In this document: positions 50,010-63,696 of the stretch, one piece after another
Position numbering within the stretch: the stretch's first letter is position 1
Layout of the letters: the number at the start of each line of letters is the position of its first letter
NCBI RefSeq assembly: GCF_964204645.1
Contig: NC_134028.1
Coordinates: 5,456,001-5,520,000 of the forward strand
Reading direction: 5' to 3'
Source of the DNA: Tubulanus polymorphus
Taxonomy: Eukaryota > Animalia > Nemertea
DNA: 64,000 bases
Notes under the pieces: generated by a model
The model's database searches: none
Told to the model about the DNA's origin: nothing
Seen by the model: only the letters and a program-made list of their open reading frames with translations
Position numbers and translations under genes: made by a program

Positions 50010-53000
50010 GATCTATCCTCCTCGCACTGGTCATCGGTGGTTTTGTTATCCATATTTCAAAATTAAGAAAGTAAAGGGGAATGAATTACCCGGTTCAGAA
50101 TTTGAAAAGAAAACTACGACAAGAGCCTACCTACTACGAGGAATTACATCGCTTACGAAGGAATAATTCCTGAATTTTGGATAAGGTTATCGGCGTAGGT
50201 TTAGGTCAGCTTGCACATTGTGACATCAGATCTACACAGAAATGTATAACATGTGTGTCACTGAAATCGATGGAGTACTGTTACATTCTAAAACTCTGCG
50301 TCTGCTGGCTGAAACCAATGGTTCGTTATGATCGTGCTGGAAATTGAAATAACTAGAAAATGAGTAATCTGATAGAACTATTGTAAAAAAAGGGGATTTG
50401 TCAGTCGTGTAATATGTTTGGTATAGCTGGTACGACAACCAAAGTTTCTAGTATTTGCCTGCATTTTGTCCAGTCCCAGAGACACACGAATATCATTCAC
50501 TGAAAAAAGGCATTTTGAGGGCGTTCAGTATGTCAATATGGTGTTTTGATGCTTGATTTCAAAACATGGTATAAAAATGAGGGTACTTCTTAAAAATACA
50601 ACACAATTCTTTGAGGTACCGTACCATATCAAATGTATATCAACGATATTAGTAAATTCAGTGTGGTACATGATACGCGACATATTTCCAGCTGATGTAC
50701 TTAACTTATATACATATATATCATTATTTACAAATATGTTATTACTGATCAAGCATTGTTCAATAATGAATATGTCTATATTCAGTTTCTGTCGACAATT
50801 TTGATAGTTATAAGTATGGATGTTTAGGTGGGGAAGTCAGATTTTTTTACTGTCACTTGCCTTGGAGTTGCACTTCTCTTTCAACGAGGATTCTTTCGAA
50901 ACCTGATCGCAAATTTTTTTCATCAACACTTTGTTTCTGTATCAAACTGCAGCTGTCTGGGCTGATATTTAAAATCTGATATCGTGTTTGTTCGCTGTGG
51001 AATGTTTTCATTCGATTGATTTAGGATAAGTATCTTTTAGTTAAAGCTATTTAAACCAGAGGGTATATAGTTTTATGCTTATCGGAAAACCTGAGTCAAT
51101 AATCAATCATCGGTTTATTTCACTGTGCGTAAGTTAAGATTTTAATCTTCTTTTTTTCTTACTTTTTTCAGTAACTCACAAGTGGAATTATGCACTATCT
51201 GGTCAGAGAATACCATGCAACAAGTGGATTTAGCATTCAATGTATTTTTTATGATATATTTTTTCATTCGGGTAAGTCATGTTGATTTTCATTTTGGACA
51301 TCATCCTCTCTTATAGCAAAATGTAGAAAAACATGGTGAAAACATTTTTTCCAAAAAATATGATATCATATCTTTAGGATCCAATGCTGTACTGTAAGGC
51401 AGGAAGATTTCTCGACTACGATAGTTGAAATACATGGACTCACTTCTATGTGTGGTCAGAAGTCTCGACGTAGATGCTCAGTCCTAACTTGCGTCTTTAG
51501 CTGAGATTTATTGGATAACACATTTATCATTATTGATCTTCTTTGACTTTGGTCTTGGATGCGGAACTGTATCTTGCAAAGTTTATAGTCTCATTTCTGG
51601 CCCCTCTACCCTATAAGAGGGAAAAGATACCCCTAACCTACTAGTACTGCCCTAAGTGGTGGTCAGTGGGTTCAGGGAATACGTAAATAAGCAGTTTGTT
51701 GACACTAATAGTTGGGGTACCCCAAATGCTGAAACTGTTTATGTAAAATCAGAAAAATAGTGGAGAGTGTTTCTGACTTAGAATAGAGTACAATATTGGT
51801 TCTTGGCTTCTGTGAGACCCTTATCCTCATACTGTCCATCTGTCTGTCTTTCAGCTACTTTGCTAATAGTAGGTTGATCTTGATGAAACATGGGTTCAAT
51901 GTTAGCATTGGGGTCCAGTTGTGCAGCACAACCTAGGCACTAAAACTAGTCTTTCAACGACATGACCTTGAAGATGACCTCATAACTCAGGGTCGAAATT
52001 CAAAAGTTGCGAAAAAATTTTGCCATTGGCCCTAGATATAACACATATCTAAAATGCATTAGGAGTTTTAATTTCGGATTTCGAACCATTGTCAACTAGG
52101 GCTTGTATTTAACTAACTTTCTTTTCAATTCATTGATCGTTTGTGGATGCGAGAGGAGTTATCGACACCGATATACAGTAATATCTACTCAGTAATATCG
52201 AGATTAGTTGCAGTCAAACAACCGTTTTGATGGATCGTACTCCGACATCGATTGCTATCAATTTCAACTCGATCATCATCGTTTAATGATGATAAATAAC
52301 ATTTATGTTATTCGAAGTAAACATTACCGGAGTGTAGAAAGACTTGTCTTAATCTCTCAAAAAATCCGTCGTCGCTTCAGAATTCTTCGTTTACATCGAA
52401 AAGCGAAGTATTTTATCTTGCGTTCTCGCGTCGATCGTTGCGGCTGAATGTATCTCTTCTTCGCTTTATCACATTTTTCGAGTTTTCTGCTTCCCATCTT
52501 ACACACATTAATTTCATCACTGAGACGCACGCACGCCGCCGCCGCGAGGGGCGAGTTTAAGTTGAAATTATGTAGAAAGAGAGAGAAGCTGATTTTTGCA
52601 ATAAACAGGATTACCGGATATGAGCTTGTATAATGGAACCTGCTGCGGATTGTCCAGAGCCTGTTATTTATGTATAAAAATTGGTCTTACCTCGTTATTA
52701 TATCCTCAGTTGGGGAGATATCTTATTTTAGTCGGTGTGCACCATTCCCTTAAGACGTTTTTAGCACGATACAGCCCGAAATTGTTGATGGATTACCGTG
52801 AAACTTGTGGTGTGAGGATTGGGACAGATAAAATGTCCAACCCTATTGAACATGGAGGTTATCATCCATTTTATATGCTAGGGGTCATTTTGAATTTCAT
52901 GTTAGGATTGGGGCAGGTGAGATATCAAGCCGTATTGAAAATAGAGGTTAACATGGCCACCTTGAATTTCTTATTAGCATGATACACAAAAACCTGTTTG

Positions 53001-56000
53001 GCTTTTTACGAAACTTGGTGTGAGGATCGGCACAGATGAGACGTGCGTCCAACCATATTGAATTGAAGTTATTGGCCATATTATATGGCTGCCATAGTGG
53101 CCATCTTGAATTTCTTCGTGTATGGAAAATATTGGTATTTGTTTCAATTTATTCTCCAAGATCGAATAAAATATGTTGTTTCAGTAACGAATACTACTCA
53201 AGTGGTTTATGCAGTGGCGGATGACCTTGAGAGAGATAATACCCCTTATTCTCCGGGCTGCACCCCTCCCCCCGAGCGTTCTCTCTCTCTCTCTCTCATG
53301 CTGTAACCGCTGCAAGAATTTGAGTGAGCTTTTTCCAATTAAACAAGAGATATTGAAACAGATTAGTGTATTGATACCGTAAGACACGGCTCTTCTCTCT
53401 CATACATCAGTTCTCTCGTGCTATTTCTGCGGCTGATACTTTGTTCGCCGCAGCAGCGCCGGGTTTCTCCTTCTCTCCGCTCTTCTCGGCAGTATGTGAT
53501 AAATTCGCCGACTATTAGATCTCTCTAACCAGAGCGTGGCGCTTATCGACGTTTAAATAAGCCAAGGACACGCCGATTCTTCAGGTACTTCGCGAGAAAA
53601 GAAAACGTTCGGTTTATTTCAAGGTCAAGGTCGTAGCGAAAATCGATCGACCGTCCGAACGGCCATTAATTCCGATTCTCGCGATACCCGATATAGAATG
53701 AGACGATAATAATAATTTCTACCCCATCTGGAGCAGATGTTCCTTTCACTTTTCTGCGACGGTAACCGCATTTATGATGGATGACTGACGTCGAGAGACA
53801 ATCGTGAAATGGAATTTTCAGACGACGATTTTCTTTTTTTCTTTTCTAAACCTGTTGTTTGTATCGTATTCGTCGGACGTGAATTTTCAATCAGGCATTT
53901 CCCACGTTACGTTCTCAATCGATCATTCGAAACCGACGTTTCAATTTGTGCCCGCGGATTCGAATTCGAAATCTCCTCGAGGCACGTTCGGTTGGTCGGT
54001 TTAGACAAGAGAAGCGATGGTTTTTCAATTATTCATTGTCTTTCGTGAAATTCTCGTCCACTCATAACATGCGCAATGTTCTAATCGCGATTTCGCCCTG
54101 TACGAATCTCGAGCTCATTAGACAAAACAATCATTATACGAGGAATCAAGATTTTACTTCTCTTCTGTGTTTGAAATTATTCACGGTATCCGCGTGCGTG
54201 CTGAAGAAATGAAGAAGCGTCTTATATCGTCGACTACTACAATATACAACTAACAGCGAACATCCAGGGTTACAGTCGGCCTTTTACCTGAATTTAATAA
54301 TTTATCTCTCTGCATTTCGAGTGGCGCATTGTATTATTGTACCCTTACCTCTTCTTTCGTGCTTGATGATGGTTGTAGTATTTATAAACAATGTGTATAA
54401 CTAACAGATTCCATGCATTTATCATGCCCCACTGTACTCCGTTCTCTCATTCCTCAGCTTCTTGGGCAGTCTCTCCTCCCCCTCTCCTCCCACTCCCCTT
54501 CGCTCTCCTCTCTCCTACCCTCCCTTCTCATTCCCTCCCCTTCCTCCCCCATCTCTCCTCTCTTTTCTCTCCATTCTGGCAGAGTCAGGAGCTTTACTTT
54601 TCTTGCTTCCACTCAATCTGAGGTTTTAATCGTTATTGTACACCTGTTTTAATGCTGTTGTATGCTGATATGGTTATTTTTGAGTTTTTATCCATCTGTG
54701 TTAATATAACGCGCTACTGAGCGAAACAGCGGAGACGAAGTGGAAGAAAGAAAACCTTGAACCTGCTAGTGGTGCGCGCTCAATGTTGGTTCAACCATTA
54801 AAACAAGTATATGAGGGTGTATTATAAGCTGCGATCCCACAGAGACGATTTGGCCCGGGCCAAGTTCTCACAGATCAGACCTGAGCCAAATTTGGCCCGT
54901 GCCTAATTAGAGAGCGCGTTCACCACTCACTCAATACTTAACAATGCTCAAACAAAGAAAGCGAATTGAGTCATTTACTGGAACCAGTTGCAATTCAGAC
55001 ACAATCATTTGTCCCATGGCCCGAGCCAAAAAAGTGACCGCGGCTGATGAGAACCCTTTGAAGATGATCCAAGGTGACTTTGTTAATTGATATCACGTGA
55101 TGGATAATGGTCCAAATTTTGTACTCACTGTACATATAGATAACATTTGGTTACACGCCGAAAAGAATTAGGGGCGTATGGATTTGTTATCAGTTCTAAT
55201 TCCATAAGGAACTGCGGAATCAATGAAATTCTGTTTGAAATGAACAGCGTACAGCTGATCAAATAACAAGCGCAAGATATTGACATGAGCTTCAGTCGAA
55301 ATTGACATTTCATGTAATATAAAACTGTTGAAACTACTCTAAAGTACACTCCCATCTCTTCGTCATACCATTGGCAGAAATTTATGTAGAAACTGTTCGA
55401 TTCTGCTATTGAAAAATTGGCTACAAAAAAACTTTCCTTCTTTATGTTACGTTAGAGGAAAAGTGTGGCTCATTTTTTATGTATGGTGTCAGGCTTGGTT
55501 TTTGAAGGTCGTTAATTCTTGCTGTACGCGTTTAATTATCTCTTATCATCTGTTTTGGTAGTCATGAGAACGAGTCTTTGATTAGCATCGGATTTCTTGG
55601 ATCTGTTCCTCGTGGTTCGTTTCATGCAATATTCATATCATCACCATTGATGATCCCCCGGCCAGTCCTTCATCTGAAACAGAATAACCGTAATGGGCTT
55701 CACATAATCGAACCATTTCGACAGGTAGCGCAACTAACCGGGATCTTAAGTTGCTATTTTTATGAACATTCTTTGGTTCAAACCGTCGTTTGACATGAGA
55801 TACCATTAAGCTGAATTCTTTTTAAAACACTGCTGCCAACACTGTCCCTGATTATCAGGGACAGTCCCTGAAAGGACCTCACTGTTCCTCATAGTGTTTT
55901 CTGAAGCTAGTCTATTGCTGTTCCTGAAACAATTTTCCATTGTCCCTCAATGACTTGTTCTAATCCCTCAATTTTCCTCACTGTGTCCTGGATGATTAAC

Positions 56001-58040
56001 TTCTTTGTTCCTGACATTTTCGCATGTGTACTTTTTGAAAAAATTTTATGCAAGAAATACGAAACGAAATAAGGAAGATTAATTTGTGGTTTGTAACTAA
56101 ATTATTTGTATCTTATTTTTCAGTTTGTCGCAGCAGCGGATAAATTTTGGTTTTGGTTAGAAATATACTCATTAGTGGATTATTTCACAATTCCACCGTC
56201 GTTCGTGTCGATATATCTCAATCGGTCGTGGATCGGTAAGTCTCCTCGCCACCCGCCGACGGTTAATGGGTTAGATTTTGTCGATGTACTTTGCGTCATC
56301 GATTATCCAAGCAACATCTGGTTGATGATCTTGATGGTTTGTCGTTTCGGACGAGCGATCAACCAAAACCACGTAACCAGGCGTTTTCACGGAATGCTCC
56401 CGCAGCCGCTTTTCGCGCACAACCATTGTAGTAACATCGGCATTTGCCAATTGGGAATAGCAATCCTATTTCACATTTATTGATCAGGGGCTGGTTGCTC
56501 AAAAGTTGGTTACAGGTTACTGGTAGACAAATGCTACAGCAACAATGCGATTTTAATTGTCACTATGTCAACTATCTACTGGTTAACTCTAACCAACTTT
56601 TGAGCTACCTGACCCCTGATCAATGATGCAATAGCATATGTCAATATGTCGGTCTTATTCCAGCAAAAGGCCTTAATACGTTACCCTTTTAGTTATATGA
56701 CATGCCCTATTTTTCGGTGTACCCCTCCCCAAATCAGACCCTAGGTCCGCCCTTGCTTTTCTCTAATTTATCGTTTCGATATTGTATTTTTCAGGTTTAA
56801 GGTTCACTCGAGCTTTAAGGCTCATGAGTTTACCCGATGTCCTTCAATACTTGAATATTTTACAGACCAGTAACTCGATCAGACTTGCTCAACTTATCAC
56901 AATCTTCTCAAGCACTTGGCTGACTGCATCTGGTCTTATTCATCTGGTAAATCACTTTCTCTCATCCTCAATCTACGGCGCGCACAAATACTACTTATCA
57001 ATCGGCACTCTCTCCGATGAAGAATTCAATATATGTGATGGAGTGTATTAACTAAGATGAATTAGGAAGACAATATGCGACCACCATATTGTACACGGTA
57101 CAGCGTATAGGCAGTACTTCCTTAGACTGTTGCGTCTATGACAAACGATTCACTGACGTAATCACAGATTATACTCAAATGATTTAGCAGCAATTTTCAC
57201 CTTTTTATTCATTGTTGAGTAGATGCGGGGTATTGCCTCTGTTTGTTGGTATCATTCTATATTCTAGACCCAATTCCATCACGCATTTCACAATTTCACG
57301 ATTTTCCAATTTTTGATCATCCAGGCTCCAAATTGTTTTGAACTTCCATCTACAAATGCCAGCCATTAGACACCTTAACACCACCCCTCCAACAAAAAGT
57401 GACTCTTCCATGTACAGTACTCAACCAGACGGTGGTGAACGTCGGAGGGGTGGGTTCCGAGCTGCAGGATAATACCCGCATCGATATGTTCCCCTCTGTA
57501 GACTGTTACAGCCTCTAAGGGGTTAAGAATCTTGAAAGAAAAATGTCAGGAAGATGTGTTATACGTATTTACTATATTATATATTCTAAGCTCTGTCGGT
57601 TTGTTCAGATAACCTCTCTTAGTGTTGGTAAATGCATCATTCTCCGTGCTGTATGCGTCTGCTAACCTCGAAACATCATCCTTCATAATCAACAGCTATC
57701 CCCACCGTTCAAATAATCATAATCGCTGATCTATTTCTGAAATAATTAATGAACACGATACTTTATTATCAACTGATTCACGGTTTTACCGTCATCGATT
57801 ATCATTAATGATGCGGCGAACGAAATCGAATATCTCATTCATTTTTTTTTTTTTTCTTTTATTTTTCAGGTCGAAAATTCCGGTGATCCGTTTTTTGAAT
57901 TTTCCAACGCGCACGCGATGACCTATTGGGAATGCGTCTATTTCTTGATCGTTACGATGTCGACGGTCGGCTACGGCGACGTTTACTGTAAAACAGTTAT
58001 TGGACGATTGTTTATTTCCGTGTTCATCCTAGGCGGCTTG
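40657..58040 (+). CDS. KCNMA1: Large-conductance Ca2+-activated K+ channel (BK/slowpoke) alpha subunit, first six coding exons (S0 to start of S6); gene continues beyond the window
   Basis: Exons 40657-41016, 48258-48319, 51172-51271, 56124-56235, 56795-56946, 57870-58040, in phase. Motifs WYVFLASS (S0), [76 protein letters not shown] (S3-S4), [16 protein letters not shown] (selectivity filter). Confidence 0.96.
41370..42121 (-). mobile_element. Decayed Ty3/Gypsy-like 5' LTR plus gag fragment
   Basis: The minus strand frame at ~41525-41400 reads [27 protein letters not shown] (gag-like F..WL.RF..Y). Upstream is ...ACA|TTTAGTGA, resembling an LTR end plus degenerate PBS, and a possible TGT start near 42121. 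Confidence 0.4.
42360..42573. mobile_element. Nested MITEs: family B (42432-42540) inserted into family A
   Basis: Inner GGTCCAGTTCCACA...TGTGGAACTGGGCC flanked by CAG on both sides; the outer pieces align to the reverse complement of the uninterrupted copy at 56487-56616. Confidence 0.8.
47849..48113. mobile_element. MITE family with GCCGCGATCACAC termini
   Basis: GCCGCGATCACACG...CGAGTGCGATCGTGGC; relatives at ~54828-55045, ~59795-59830 and ~60990-61110. Confidence 0.7.
48500..48770. mobile_element. ~270-bp foldback element in slowpoke intron 2
   Basis: AATACGGGTTATAGGCCTAAC.TTCGTTACCGGAAGTAGGTA... pairs with ...TACCTACTTCCGGTAACGAA.GTTAGGCCTATAACCCGTATT over arms of ~115 bp. Confidence 0.85.
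49243..49351. mobile_element. MITE family B copy
   Basis: GGTCCAGTACCACAGTTGTGAGTTA...TAACTCACAACTGTTGAACCGGGCC; homologous to 42432-42540 and 62451-62546. Confidence 0.75.
49949..50004. repeat. (TA)n microsatellite
   Basis: About 28 uninterrupted TA units. Confidence 0.95.
52755..53115. repeat. Tandem ~210-bp units resembling the internal satellite of Helentron/HINE-type elements
   Basis: TTAGCAYGATACA...GAAACTTG(T)GGTGTGAGGATYGG.ACAGAT...GTCCAACC.TATTGAA...GGCCAYCTTGAATTTC occurs twice in tandem. The family assignment is inference. Confidence 0.55.
56487..56616. mobile_element. MITE family A, uninterrupted copy
   Basis: GGGGCTGGTTGCTCAAAAGTTGGTTA...TAACCAACTTTTGAGCTACCTGACCCC. Confidence 0.78.
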
Positions 58041-58322
58041 GTAAGTTCGTTCGTACAGAAGGAAATTTCCGCTGCTCTCAAAACTGAACTCGTCGATTGC
58101 GATGGCTTCCGGAGCGACTTTATGGAAATCAAATGTTAGCGATCAGCAAACCTCGTGTAATCAAAAGCTGTGGAGATTTGGTTCACAAAAAAACTGGAGA
58201 TCCTGTAAATTACAAATTGATTCATGTATCAAATTCAAATTCATGGTCAATTCCCTTCATTATGATTGTAAGTTTTGTAAGTTACTTAGGTTTCTAAAAC
58301 GGGAATTGTGTCATTATCTATA

Positions 58323-58445
58323 GAAAATCCCACAATGATAACGAAAAAATATGTCTGAAAATGTTTCCTTGAGTATATAGTTTATGGATATATCACGGAA
58401 AAATCTTCAGACTTTATATTTTTCGTTATTATTATGGCATTCTCT
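58323..58445. mobile_element. Short, decayed foldback copy of the AATCCCACAAT family
   Basis: AATCCCACAATGATAACGAAAAAATATGTCTGAAAATGTT...TCAGACTTTATATTTTTCGTTATTATTATGGCATT; same termini as 10163-10405 but the ribozyme portion is missing. Confidence 0.6.
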
Positions 58446-59129
58446 ACAGATGATCTCGCTGTAACAAGGATACAGTGTTCATGAATTGTGCCACAGTGTA
58501 GCACAATTCAACGCTTTCAATACCACGGAGATGGATATTTGACAAAACTACGTTCAACCCAAACCTTTGTTCGATAAAACTGAATTAATATTTATAGCCC
58601 TCAAGACAGAGTGACGAGAGTACGGATATATCGTATTTCGGTGACTATGGGAACCCAGCGAGACCACAGAATCAATACAGTAACAACGATGACATATCAA
58701 TTATTAGCGTTGTCAATATAGTTGTCGATCCTGCTGCTTTCTACATAGTATCGAATATGTCATCGGAATGATGCTTTAAAAACACTCTTAATATAAATAG
58801 TAAACAGTTTGACAGCTATCGCAATCGGCGAAACCGGTTTTAGAGGAGTAAGCCAACATCATCGACCGCGAATCGAGGGACTTCCAGTGAAGTCGGATGA
58901 ACACTCACCTGATATTGTTTATATTCATTTATGTTATATCCGAGAAGGAACTCGTCGTTTTGACTTGTATGATCATGATTATAATTCTCTGGGGTGTCTG
59001 CTTTGTTTGAGAGGAAATGATTTTTTTTTAAATAAAACGCGTATTCGTTGATTTCAGCTAAGACAACGTGATTCCATCTTCGCAGAGAGATTGGAAACAT
59101 TGATAACCTCGATGCCAACAGAGTCCCTG

Positions 59130-59383
59130 CAGGGGCCGATCCAAGGGGAGGGTGCAGGGGTGTGCACCTCCTCCTAGAAAATGTCCTGTTGCTATGTAAT
59201 TTTACAGCAAAATGAAAAATATTAAACTGATACCTACAGATTTTGAATTCATAAGCTTGTTCTCTGTATTTCCAAAAATGAGTTTTTTCCTATCAGCTTT
59301 CTTCCGGGGCCCTTTTAATAATATGATAAGCCCTATTTTGGGGTGCACCCATCCCTGAATCAGACTCTTTAGATCCGCCCCTG
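59130..59383. mobile_element. MITE with CAGGGGCGGATC-type termini (hAT-like), second copy
   Basis: CAGGGGCCGATCCA...TAGATCCGCCCCTG; inverted relative of 39292-39500. Confidence 0.7.
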
Positions 59384-62300
59384 CCCTGCATACATAATTA
59401 ATCTACGCGGTTGTTTCTAGTTCAATTTCAGGAACGTCTTTAATATGAAGAGATGTGATATAATCCGTGAAATGTGTTGATGGATGGCTTCAATATTGTT
59501 GGTTTAATATAACTCAGATTTATTAACCGGTCTATTGAACATGTTGTCGTTCGTTTTTCTGGCTTCGGGCGTAATTGGTATTTGACGACTAAGAATAATA
59601 AATGTTGACTGATATTTGATTGCTCTGGAGACATACCTGTAGGCATTGCAATTTTAGCCAAGAGTCATCAGCTTCTTTCATAGAATCTTATATCTTTGAT
59701 TTCAAGATTTTTGGGCTCGCAAGAAAATGCATTTAGAAATGAACTAGTTATAATTGTTGGCCACAGTACCAGGCATTAGGTAAAATCTTGAGAATTCGGG
59801 CCTGATCCGTGCCAATTTGGTGATCGCGGCTTGAATCAAAGATCCTAACTTTCACAATCTAGCTCGGGACTGTGGCGTTTTTTCCGACACCGACAATTAC
59901 GTAGATATTCAGTATCAGCTCCATGGTAACAGATAAATGGTTGATATTTGACACAAATTTATATTCGTTGTTAACTGGTATGGAAACCCTTGATGTTACG
60001 ATTCCCATGATGAATTTCACTTGATTAATTAGAGCCATTGGTTGAGTGCTTCATTAATTTATTTATGGCATTACGAAAAACCAGTTGTCCAACACTCGAC
60101 TAATAATGATCTATCAGTTCCTATCTCGATAATTGCATCGCGCATTTATCTACACGATGATAGCGATATTAAAATTTCAACATGTTTTCATAGATTTGTG
60201 CGTCGCGTTTGTTGCCGGAACGATTTCTAATAACCACCGGTAGGTGTACGCGTTAGTTATACCTTGGACATCTACGTATCTAGTGTATCTGTTTGGTGGT
60301 ACAAGTTCAAGTTCGAATTTATTTCGCGGAGAGCATCACAGGCTGTTAACAGAGTTTAAACGAAAGGAAAAAATTAGCTTAGAACATGCTTAATTATAAA
60401 AAAGGAGAAAGAAAAGTAGCTTTCTGTGTGGGCCATGCAAAGCTTCAAACTATACCCAATAACTTCACTCTGCAGCATTCTATAATGTCAAATGCACATT
60501 TATTTGATGTAATAGTGTGGAAGTCCAATGCCTTCGTTCTTATCTTATTGATATTCCCATCTGCTAATTAGCAATATTACCAGAGGCTAAACTGGTATGA
60601 GTCAATACGTGGTCATTCCACACTTAATTAACTCTTCATTTACTGTGTACTATTTCATCACTAATTACGAAGCAGTTATGTATTAATTAATGTATCAACT
60701 GATTATCAACTATTTATTGTTGTGCTGATATCGTGTAAAATGTAGCAGATCTGTGCCAAGTTGCGTGCCTTGATCATTCACAAACCAGAACGGATGATCG
60801 AAGTCATAATGTTAGTTAAGTCTAGAAATTTTCCTATTTCCTTAGTCATATAAGTGTTAAGTTGTTCGACTATGAAATATGAAACTTAAGTGGAATTAAC
60901 GATGAAATCTTAGCCTAAACTGCGCAACTATAAACCAAATAGCTTATTAACATTCAGTTCCATTATCCCTAACAAATATTTGAGATATTAGCCGCGATCA
61001 CACGAGCATTTTTGGCCCAGGCCAAATATGGCCCGACCAAAAACGTCGGACCACGCCCAAGCCAAATTTTAGCACCAGACAAATGATTGCGTTTGAATTA
61101 CAACCGGCCATCCAAATGTCTGTGCTTCCGATTGCTAACTCCAACCCCCTGTTTCATTTCTGGTAGGTGTGGTGGGTTTGTAAGGGACATGACTAATAAT
61201 CATAGAAATCAGATTAATCAAATAAATAAGACTGAGGGACAATAGCCTATTTTAAGATAAAAGCATGAGAAAATCATCAACCTTGTAGCTGGAAAATTTG
61301 TGTTGGGTTTATTCTCTGCAGGTGAAGTTGGTAGTACCTGTCTACAAACCAGGCTCCGGTGCTGCATTGAAACCTGGTAACGGCGTCTGCCCAGCCTTGT
61401 GTTCGTTGCGCATCTGCGTAACACTTTAAACATTATAATACGATTTCTTTTTCTCTTTATTGCCTTCATTTACTTACAGTAGCTGCTTAATGCATCGGTT
61501 GATGTTACTAATATCTAGACGAGAAAAAATCAGCCGGGTGAACTTAACACCGGATGAGAGTACTGCTTGTTTCCAATGCACACTCTGTGAATGGTACTTG
61601 ATACATAATTGAAATACTTGTTTTGCAGTTTATTTTATGAAGTTGTCGGGGATAAGTATTTGCAAATTAATCATTTATATCGACGATTTGCATGCGAAAA
61701 GCAGCGCATGCGTACAGACAACAGGGGTCCCCCGTGATGGACGTTGTTTTTAATGGGGTACCGGCAATGCTACTGTGGCAATCGAGGATTCCACGCATGG
61801 CAGGCGAGGATCCACCAATTTCTTCTACATTACGATTAAATTCGAGTCAACTTTTCTCATTAGTGAATTTCTAATAAAACGATACCGTACACCCATTGGG
61901 AATGTCAATCTTATATCTATTTGATGACTTATTTGACAACATTTCCATTTGGGAGCCTAAAAATCCAGTTCGAAGTTCATCGAAAATGAACTAATTTTCA
62001 CTACGTATAACTAAGTGTATTTTAGCGCCATCTGGTTTGTGCCGATACCCCATTGATGATAACATTTTTTGAAAAAACAAAATCATGGTCTTTACACCCT
62101 CGGTATGTTGAACATTTCTAGGCAATGTTCGCGAGCGCAATTCCCGAAATTACGGACATAATTGGCCAGCGTCAGAAATACGGCGGCTCTTACCATAACG
62201 GAAAGGGCAAGAAGTAAGTCGAGGATGATGAGGAATGGACGATCGTTGGATCCGACGGAAAATCGGCTCGCTTATATCTGTCGCTACTCGACAATCGCCA

Positions 62301-62450
62301 GTCTATCTCCGACGCGAAACTTGTCGCTGAACTTTGCTTTTCAAGTTCACTCTTAATAAAAAAAAGCGCTTCTCTCGAATCTTTACAAAACGCAATGATT
62401 GTAACGCTGAAATGAAGTCAAACATTCACATCATCGGTGACAAAGTACTG

Positions 62451-62546
62451 GACCCGGTTCCTCAGTTCTGAGTTGAGTTAACTTAGTTCATTTTCTATGT
62501 TTTAACTCAACAGTGAAATCTGAACACTGAACTGTGGAACTGGATC
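62451..62546. mobile_element. MITE family B, diverged copy
   Basis: GACCCGGTTCCTCAGTTC...GAACTGTGGAACTGGATC with internal AGTTCATTTTC. Confidence 0.6.
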
Positions 62547-63696
62547 CTTATACAGTGAACTCTGCTTGCTTCGGATCTTGTTGGATTGATAATAGATTTT
62601 TTCAGAAGTAAGCAAATTATAGGGCAGTCTAAACAATGATTGGTCGCCAGCAATTTTGAACATTTTGCCAGGGGTAATTAATACGAGGCAATGGGCGTTT
62701 ACCTCTTAATTGATGAATTCTGTAATGAATGTTTGACTTCGTCCGCGTTTCAAATGTCAAATGCTTTATTCCAACGGCACGCGGGGGCAGTGCGCAGTCA
62801 ATACCTTTTGCACTGTTACTAGTCCCCCGAGTGAAGGAATACATTGCTATCTAAACTCAGACATATCATAACTAGTTCGTAATGATATGTCTGTATATAC
62901 AAACACGTATTTTTTCTTGAATTTGAATCTTTTATTTGCACCAGAAATTCCGAGTCTTGCATCGGAATGTTATATATATATATATATATACATCACCATG
63001 TTGCGCTGTATTCTAATAACTTTCGGCATCACTATCAATTATGTAATTATGGATTCTACTAATTTATTTATTTCGTGCATATTTACGTGTTAATACTTCC
63101 GCAGTGTGTTATTACCAGTGTCATTAAAGTATTTCCATTTTCATTCGATGTTCAATAAATGATAATTATTATTCTATTGCGACATCCATTTTGTGTTGCT
63201 TTCATTTCTAATTATCAAATTGACATTGACTCGCAGTGTAGATTTCCCTTGAGTAAAATTCCGTTTGAATTCAACAGTTGCGCCGCCGTTTGCGCGTATG
63301 AATAAATTGATACCTAATTTTGATGCAAGGCTCAAAATACTTAATAAATAATAAATTCTCATCAATGTATTTTATTCTAATTCTAATGCATTCTCTAGGT
63401 GACGTCCAAGCTTATCTATATTTGTATCTATAGTTGCGTTCACACTTGATTTGCGGTTTCTCGGAGGATTTCCTCAATTTTGTTGGGTGGACTAGTGAAT
63501 ATTGTCGATTTAGCAAACTGAGAGAGTGTAAAACTGACTTCAGCATATCCGGCAGTTTGGGGAAGCCAATTTTAGGTTAGATGCTGCACTAATTTGGCAC
63601 TGCATTCAAAAACACAATTTAGTGCCAATCTAACCCAGTAGCAAGTGCCGTATCTGGCCCATAGTTTTTGTGTCAATACTAAGCAGCACACCAAAA

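Noticed and set aside
57609-57627. Micro-exon of slowpoke (CAG|ATAACC...GTTG|GTAAAT)
   Set aside because: 19 nt would shift the frame between two phase-0 junctions; no supporting motif.
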